This document shows positions 43,357-48,806 of a DNA stretch of 48,806 bases, piece after piece. Both the position numbers and the translations under genes were made by a program. This DNA comes from Candidatus Methylomirabilota bacterium. GTDB lineage: Bacteria > Methylomirabilota > Methylomirabilia > Rokubacteriales > CSP1-6. Location of the stretch: positions 1 to 48,806 of the forward strand of contig DATIFV010000163.1 in NCBI GenBank assembly GCA_035455085.1, in the 5' to 3' direction. Within the stretch, counting starts at the first letter, position 1, and each line of letters begins with the position of its first letter. The notes under the pieces were generated by a model. That model was not told the origin of the DNA, did no database searches, and saw only the letters and a list, made by a program, of their open reading frames with translations.

Positions 43357-45105
43357 TCAGGCCAGGCGCGAGCCGCGCGCGGTCTCCTCGTCGGTGACCG
43401 GCCGGCGGCCGCGCAGGAAGTCGAAGTCCACGCCCTCGTCGGCCTGGAGCACGTGGTCGAGGAACATGCGCAGGTACCCGCCGATGACGCCGTCCGGCCG
43501 CGGCCGCCACGCTGCGCGCCGCCGCGCCAGCTCCTCGTCGGGCACCCGCAGGGTCAGGCGCCGCTCCGGGACGCTCAGCTCGATCTCGTCGCCGCCCTGG
43601 ACCAGGGCCAGCGGCCCGCCCACCGCGGACTCGGGCGTCACGTGCAGCACCACCGTGCCGTAGGAGGTGCCGCTCATCCGCGCGTCCGAGATGCGCACCA
43701 TGTCCTTCACGCCGGCCCGCAGCAGGCGCGCCGGCACCGGCGCGGCGCCCCACTCCGGCATGCCGGGGCCGCCCTTGGGCCCGGCCTGCTTGAGCACCAG
43801 CACCGAGGTCTCGTCGATCGGCAGCGACGGATCGTCGATGCGCCGCTCGAGATCGAGATGGTCCTCGAAGACCACCGCGCGCCCGCGATGGAGCATCAGA
43901 TGCGGGGAGGCCGCCGACTGCTTGAGCACCGCCCCGCCCGGGCAGAGATTGCCGGTGAGGATGACGGTGCCCCCCTCCGGCTGGAGCGGCAGCGACAGGG
44001 GCCGGATGATGTCGGCGTCGTGGCAGGGGGCCACCGCCACGTTGTCGCGCAGGGTCCGGCCGTTGACGTTGAGCGCGGTGCCGTCCAGCATTGGCAGGAG
44101 CTCGCGCAGCACCGCGGGCACCCCGCCCGCGTAGTAGAAGTCCTCCATCAGGTGCTTGCCGGACGGCCGCACGTTGGCCAGCAGCGGCGTGGTGCGCGAC
44201 AGCTCGTCGAAGCGCCGGAGCGGCAGCGGCACCTCGGCGCGGCCCGCGATCGCGACCAGGTGCACGATGGCGTTGGTGGAGCCGCCGAGGGCCATGTCGG
44301 CGCGGATCGCGTTGTCGAAGGCGGCCGCGGTGAGGATCTCGGAGGGCTTCGGCCCGCGGGCCAGGGCCATCTCCACCGCGCGGCGGCCCGACATCTCGGC
44401 CAGGACGAGGCGCCGCGAATCCGGCGCGGGGATGGCCGCGTTACCGGGCAGCGCGAGCCCCAGCACCTCGGCCATGGCGGCCATGGTGGACGCGGTGCCC
44501 ATGACCATGCAGTGCCCGCTGGAGCGCGAGAGGCACGACTCGACCTCGGCCATGACCTCGTCGGTGATCTCGCCGGCCCGCCGCTGGGCCCAGATCTTGC
44601 GCGCGTCGGTGCCCGAGCCGAGCTCCTGCCCGCACCACACGCCCTTGAGCATGGGCCCGCCCGTCACCATGATGGCGGGCACGTCCGCGGAGGCCGCGCC
44701 CATCAGCATGGCCGGAGTGGTCTTGTCGCAGGCGGCCAGCAGCACCACCGCGTCCAGGGGATAGGCGCGGATGCACTCCTCCACGTCCATCGCCATCAGG
44801 TTGCGGAAGAGCATGGTGGTGGGCTTCATCAGGATCTCGCCGAGCGAGATCACCGGGAACTCGAGCGGGAAGCCCCCCGCGCTCCACACTCCGCGCTTGA
44901 CCGCCTCCGCCACCTGCCGGAGGTGGGCGTTGCAGTTGTTGAGCTCGGACCAGGAGTTGCATATGCCGATCACCGGCCGGCCGTCGAACACCGGGTCGCC
45001 GAAGCCCTCGGCCCTGAGATAGGCGCGGTGCATGAAACCGTCGAGGTTCCTCGGGGCGAACCAGTTGCGGCTGCGCAGGGTCGGCGGGGTCGTCATAGGG
45101 CCCAC
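43357..45105 (-). CDS. IlvD/Edd-family dehydratase
   Basis: GICNSWSELNNCNAHL and ACDKTTPAMLMGAA. GTG at 45105, or ATG at 45096. Confidence 0.88.
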   Translation of the reverse strand: MGPMTTPPTLRSRNWFAPRNLDGFMHRAYLRAEGFGDPVFDGRPVIGICNSWSELNNCNAHLRQVAEAVKRGVWSAGGFPLEFPVISLGEILMKPTTMLFRNLMAMDVEECIRAYPLDAVVLLAACDKTTPAMLMGAASADVPAIMVTGGPMLKGVWCGQELGSGTDARKIWAQRRAGEITDEVMAEVESCLSRSSGHCMVMGTASTMAAMAEVLGLALPGNAAIPAPDSRRLVLAEMSGRRAVEMALARGPKPSEILTAAAFDNAIRADMALGGSTNAIVHLVAIAGRAEVPLPLRRFDELSRTTPLLANVRPSGKHLMEDFYYAGGVPAVLRELLPMLDGTALNVNGRTLRDNVAVAPCHDADIIRPLSLPLQPEGGTVILTGNLCPGGAVLKQSAASPHLMLHRGRAVVFEDHLDLERRIDDPSLPIDETSVLVLKQAGPKGGPGMPEWGAAPVPARLLRAGVKDMVRISDARMSGTSYGTVVLHVTPESAVGGPLALVQGGDEIELSVPERRLTLRVPDEELARRRAAWRPRPDGVIGGYLRMFLDHVLQADEGVDFDFLRGRRPVTDEETARGSRLA

Positions 45106-45133
45106 ATTCTGCCCTGTTTGCTAGACTTTCGCC

Positions 45134-45730
45134 ATGCGCGCGTGTCGGCCGGGCCTGCTCCTGTGCGTGGTGGCGCTGCTCGCCGCCTGCTCGACCCTGA
45201 CCCCGGTCCAGGACCGGAGCCTCCACGAGGTGCGCGCCTTCGCCGAGGAGACGGCCCGCCTCTACGGGCTGCCAGCCATCCACGTGCTGGTGAGCCACAA
45301 CCCGGAGAGCCCGGTCGGCTCCTACCGGCGCGGCTACTTCGCGGTGAACCGCCTGGTGCTCGGCTCGGAGTTTCGCGACGCCATCGTGGCCCACGAGCTC
45401 GGCCACTACGTTCTCGGCCACGATGTGCCCCTGGCCGGCGCCACCCCCGAGGCCCGCCAGCGCGATCGCGAACAGCGGGAGCTCGACGCCAACGCCAAGG
45501 CGGTGGAGATCCTGGCCCGGGTGCGGGGGGTGCCGGAGGACCAGGGCGTGCGGCTGGTCTACAGCTATCTCCTGAACGTCCACCGCCGCCTGCAGCGCGC
45601 CCCCGGCGAGGACCTGCTCGGCCACCGCCCCCCGTGCGAGGAGATCACCGACCTGCTCGCCCGCTTCCCCCGGCAGCTCGTCTGGACCGCGAGCCTCGAG
45701 TGCGCGCCGCCGCGCCCGGTGGGCGGATAG
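45134..45730 (+). CDS. lipoprotein Zn-metallopeptidase (HExxH, M48-like)
   Basis: Lipobox ALLAAC. AHELGHYVLGH. Confidence 0.75.
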   Translation: MRACRPGLLLCVVALLAACSTLTPVQDRSLHEVRAFAEETARLYGLPAIHVLVSHNPESPVGSYRRGYFAVNRLVLGSEFRDAIVAHELGHYVLGHDVPLAGATPEARQRDREQRELDANAKAVEILARVRGVPEDQGVRLVYSYLLNVHRRLQRAPGEDLLGHRPPCEEITDLLARFPRQLVWTASLECAPPRPVGG

Positions 45731-45774
45731 ACAGCCCCGGAGGCCGCATGGTATAAATACGCGTTCCCCGGAAC

Positions 45775-45852
45775 GGGCTCGTGGTGCAGCCTGGTTAGCA
45801 CACTGGACTGTCAATCCAGAGGTCGCGGGTTCAAGTCCCGTCGAGCCCGCCA
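45775..45852 (+). tRNA. tRNA-Asp (anticodon GTC), CCA encoded
   Basis: Folded manually: acceptor GGGCTCG/CGAGCCC, D stem GTGC/GCAC, anticodon stem CTGGA/TCCAG with loop CTGTCAA, T arm GCGGG-TTCAAGT-CCCGT, discriminator G. TATAAA lies ~20 nt upstream. Confidence 0.93.
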
Positions 45853-45871
45853 TTCAATCAAGCAGTTAGGA

Positions 45872-45900
45872 GGGGGCGGCGCTCTGTCGCCCCCTTCAAC
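45872..45900 (+). terminator. stem-loop GGGGGCG-N9-CGCCCCC followed by TTCAACTT after the tRNA
   Basis: Read directly. The T-tract is weak. Confidence 0.5.
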
Positions 45901-46008
45901 TTGCCCTGATCTTGCCCTTTCCCGTTGTCCGCATTCGTGATCGCCGGGCGCCGTCCGGCAAGGATCTCTGTTCCCTAGGCCCGCTCCCCCGAGTGCTACC
46001 ATCGGCAC

Positions 46009-46133
46009 ATGGCTGCGCGCCCTCGCAAGCCTCCCGATTCACCTGCGCTTGAAGTCCGCCGATTCTCCCCTGAGGACGCGGGACAAGCGATCAAGCGGCT
46101 TGAGACTCGGATTGCTGAGGTGACGGCCCTAGG
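46009..46133 (+). pseudogene. 5' fragment of a small ORF apparently interrupted by the IS
   Basis: ORF 46009..46242 has protein-like sequence (AIKRLETRIAEVTAL) up to the IS left end at 46134. Beyond that point it reads IS sequence. Confidence 0.3.
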
Positions 46134-46163
46134 TGAACCGCCCCGGGTTTCCCGGAGACTCGA

Positions 46164-47401
<1,238 letters not shown>

Positions 47402-47698
47402 GACCCCATCCTCTCAAGGTTTGGAGCCTCCGGGAAAGCCGGGGCGGTTCAGGGTTCAGAGGCCGCGGATCTCTTGGGAGCCGTCGTGAATTCACCCAGA
47501 AGCCGGCCGTTACCCTCGTGGTGCCGGATGCGCCCCATATCCCGCAGGACGGGGTTCTAGCTCGTCCTCATCTCGCCGCCGGTATCTCGACGGTCACCCG
47601 CGCGCGCGCCATTCCTTCTCTCCGGCGCAAGGCGGCCCCAGGAGCGTAGCCCTAGCCCTCTAGGTCGGATCTCGCCGTCCAAAGTCCTACCAGAAAGC

Positions 47699-47899
47699 GT
47701 GCGCACGCCTGTGATAGGGTCTGGGCGGCGGTGCCCGGTCTGCCGGGCGGTGGACTTGGCGGGCCGCCAGACGGTCTGCTCGGCCCGGTGCCGCCGCGAA
47801 CGGTCCCGCCAGCGGGAGCAGGCCGCGCGTGAGGCCAGGGATCGGGAGATCCGGGTGCTGCTGGAGACGGCGCTGCGGAAGCTGCGGGAGGGGCCATGA
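47699..47899 (+). CDS. small Cys4 zinc-ribbon protein, mobile-element-like
   Basis: RRCPVCRAV...[16 protein letters not shown] followed by a charged helix. No clear RBS seen. Confidence 0.35.
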   Translation: MRTPVIGSGRRCPVCRAVDLAGRQTVCSARCRRERSRQREQAAREARDREIRVLLETALRKLREGP

Positions 47900-47960
47900 A
47901 CTTGAGAGTGTTCCTCTCGGCGTCGTCATCGTGAGCCCTGGGAGCGGCAAGGAGGGCCCG

Positions 47961-48806
47961 ATGCGTCGGCGTCCCAAGCCTGCGAAGGCGAAGGACCAGA
48001 CCAAGCCACCGGTGGCCCCCAACTCGCGGAAGCGCAAAGGCTCCAAGGTCCGCGACCTTGAGAACCGCTTGACCGAGGCGCTCAAGCGTGAATCGGAAAC
48101 ACTCGATCAGCAGGCGGCCACGAGCGAAATCCTCCGGGTCATCAGTCAGTCGCACACCGACGTGCAACCGGTCTTCGACGCAATCGTCAGAAGCGTGGTG
48201 AGGTTGTGTAACGGACTTTTTAGCACGGTTTTCCAGTTCGACGGCGAGCTGCTCCATGTCGCCGCCGCGCACAATCTCACCCCGGCAGGCCTCGAGGCGC
48301 TTCATCGCCTGTATCCGACGCGCCCAAACCGGGCCCTCGCGGCCGCGCGCGCCATCCTCGAGCGCGCTCTGATTCATATCCCTGATATCGAGCTCGAGCC
48401 CGAGTCCCAGCAGCGAGCTGTTGCCCGGACGGTCGGCTGGCGGAGTGCAGTCGTTGTACCCATGATGCGGGAGGGCGCTCCCATTGGCGTGGTCACAGTG
48501 GGGCGCGCCCGACCCGGGCCGTTCTCCGATAGCGAGATCGAGCTCTTGAAGACCTTCGCCGACCAGGCCGTGATCGCCATCGAGAATGTGCGGCTGTTCA
48601 AGGAGCTGGAGGCGCGGAACAGTGACGTCAGTGAAGCGCTGGAGCAACAGACGGCGACTGCCGATATCCTCCGCGCAATCGCCTCCTCACCCAGCGATCT
48701 CCGGGCGGTCCTGGATGCCGTGGCCGAGCGTGCAGCGCGACTGTGCGAGGCCACCGATGTTCTCATTCACCGAGTGGATGGGGCGATGCTCCCAATCGCG
48801 GCCGGC
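47961..48806 (+). CDS. GAF-repeat signalling protein, 3'-truncated by window edge; not in ORF track
   Basis: ATG at 47961 with AAGGAGG 6 nt upstream. 282 codons stay open to the window end. The module [29 protein letters not shown] ... recurs as [32 protein letters not shown]-like core [15 protein letters not shown]. Confidence 0.8.
   Translation, partial: MRRRPKPAKAKDQTKPPVAPNSRKRKGSKVRDLENRLTEALKRESETLDQQAATSEILRVISQSHTDVQPVFDAIVRSVVRLCNGLFSTVFQFDGELLHVAAAHNLTPAGLEALHRLYPTRPNRALAAARAILERALIHIPDIELEPESQQRAVARTVGWRSAVVVPMMREGAPIGVVTVGRARPGPFSDSEIELLKTFADQAVIAIENVRLFKELEARNSDVSEALEQQTATADILRAIASSPSDLRAVLDAVAERAARLCEATDVLIHRVDGAMLPIAAG

Noticed and set aside
45091-45099. GTCATAG half-site near the IlvD-family start, read as a fourth copy of the operator.
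   Set aside because: No matching CTATGAC half-site lies at the required spacing, and the half-site overlaps the candidate ATG start (45096) of the IlvD-family gene.
47452-47480. GGGTTCAGAGG after the IS, read as a direct repeat of the tRNA-Asp 3' end (GGGTTCAAGTCC), i.e. an attR of an integrated island.
   Set aside because: The match is only about 7 nt before diverging, too short to call an att site. No integrase gene is visible in the window.

Overview
Very GC-rich bacterial chromosomal segment with about 50 protein genes, one tRNA and one insertion sequence. Long antisense shadow ORFs are common, so calls rest on recognisable motifs, ribosome-binding sites and start/stop coupling. 1-8.6 kb (+ strand) holds acyl-CoA and central-metabolism genes: M24 peptidase, ThDP enzyme, cupin, FadH-like flavoenzyme, methylmalonyl-CoA mutase large subunit and a ferritin-like DUF protein. 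8.4-21.3 kb (all - strand) is the most interesting block. It has three consecutive transcription units, each preceded by the same 18-bp palindrome CTATGAC-N4-GTCATAG. (a) A short upstream ORF, DUF1858/DUF2249 protein, NnrS-like 12-TM protein, radical SAM/SPASM enzyme and DUF59 protein. (b) The copper nitrite reductase gene nirK. (c) An eight-gene haem-copper oxidase operon. Its ba3/B-family-like subunit I lacks the cross-linked Tyr. It also encodes a CuA subunit II, a 53-aa subunit, a degenerate second subunit-I paralogue, haem O synthase, Sco, and a cytochrome b/ferredoxin/MvhD fusion. A Cys-less Crp/Fnr regulator with a 4-TM paralogue of the 12-TM protein lies next to the block. 23-41.7 kb holds signalling and housekeeping genes (hybrid kinase, pdxH, KARI-like, STAND cyclase, two CheY-like regulators, E1/transketolase-like, sugar ABC importer). 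At 41.7-42.1 kb an ArsC/Spx-fold gene is split by an in-frame TGA at the catalytic Cys position, making it a candidate selenoprotein. It abuts a perfect 25-bp inverted repeat. tRNA-Asp at 45.8 kb is followed by an IS3-family element with clear terminal inverted repeats, then by a visibly lower-GC region ending in a GAF-repeat gene that runs off the window and is absent from the ORF track. A REP-like hairpin plus GGGGTGAGGGGG element recurs at three or more loci, twice inside coding sequence.
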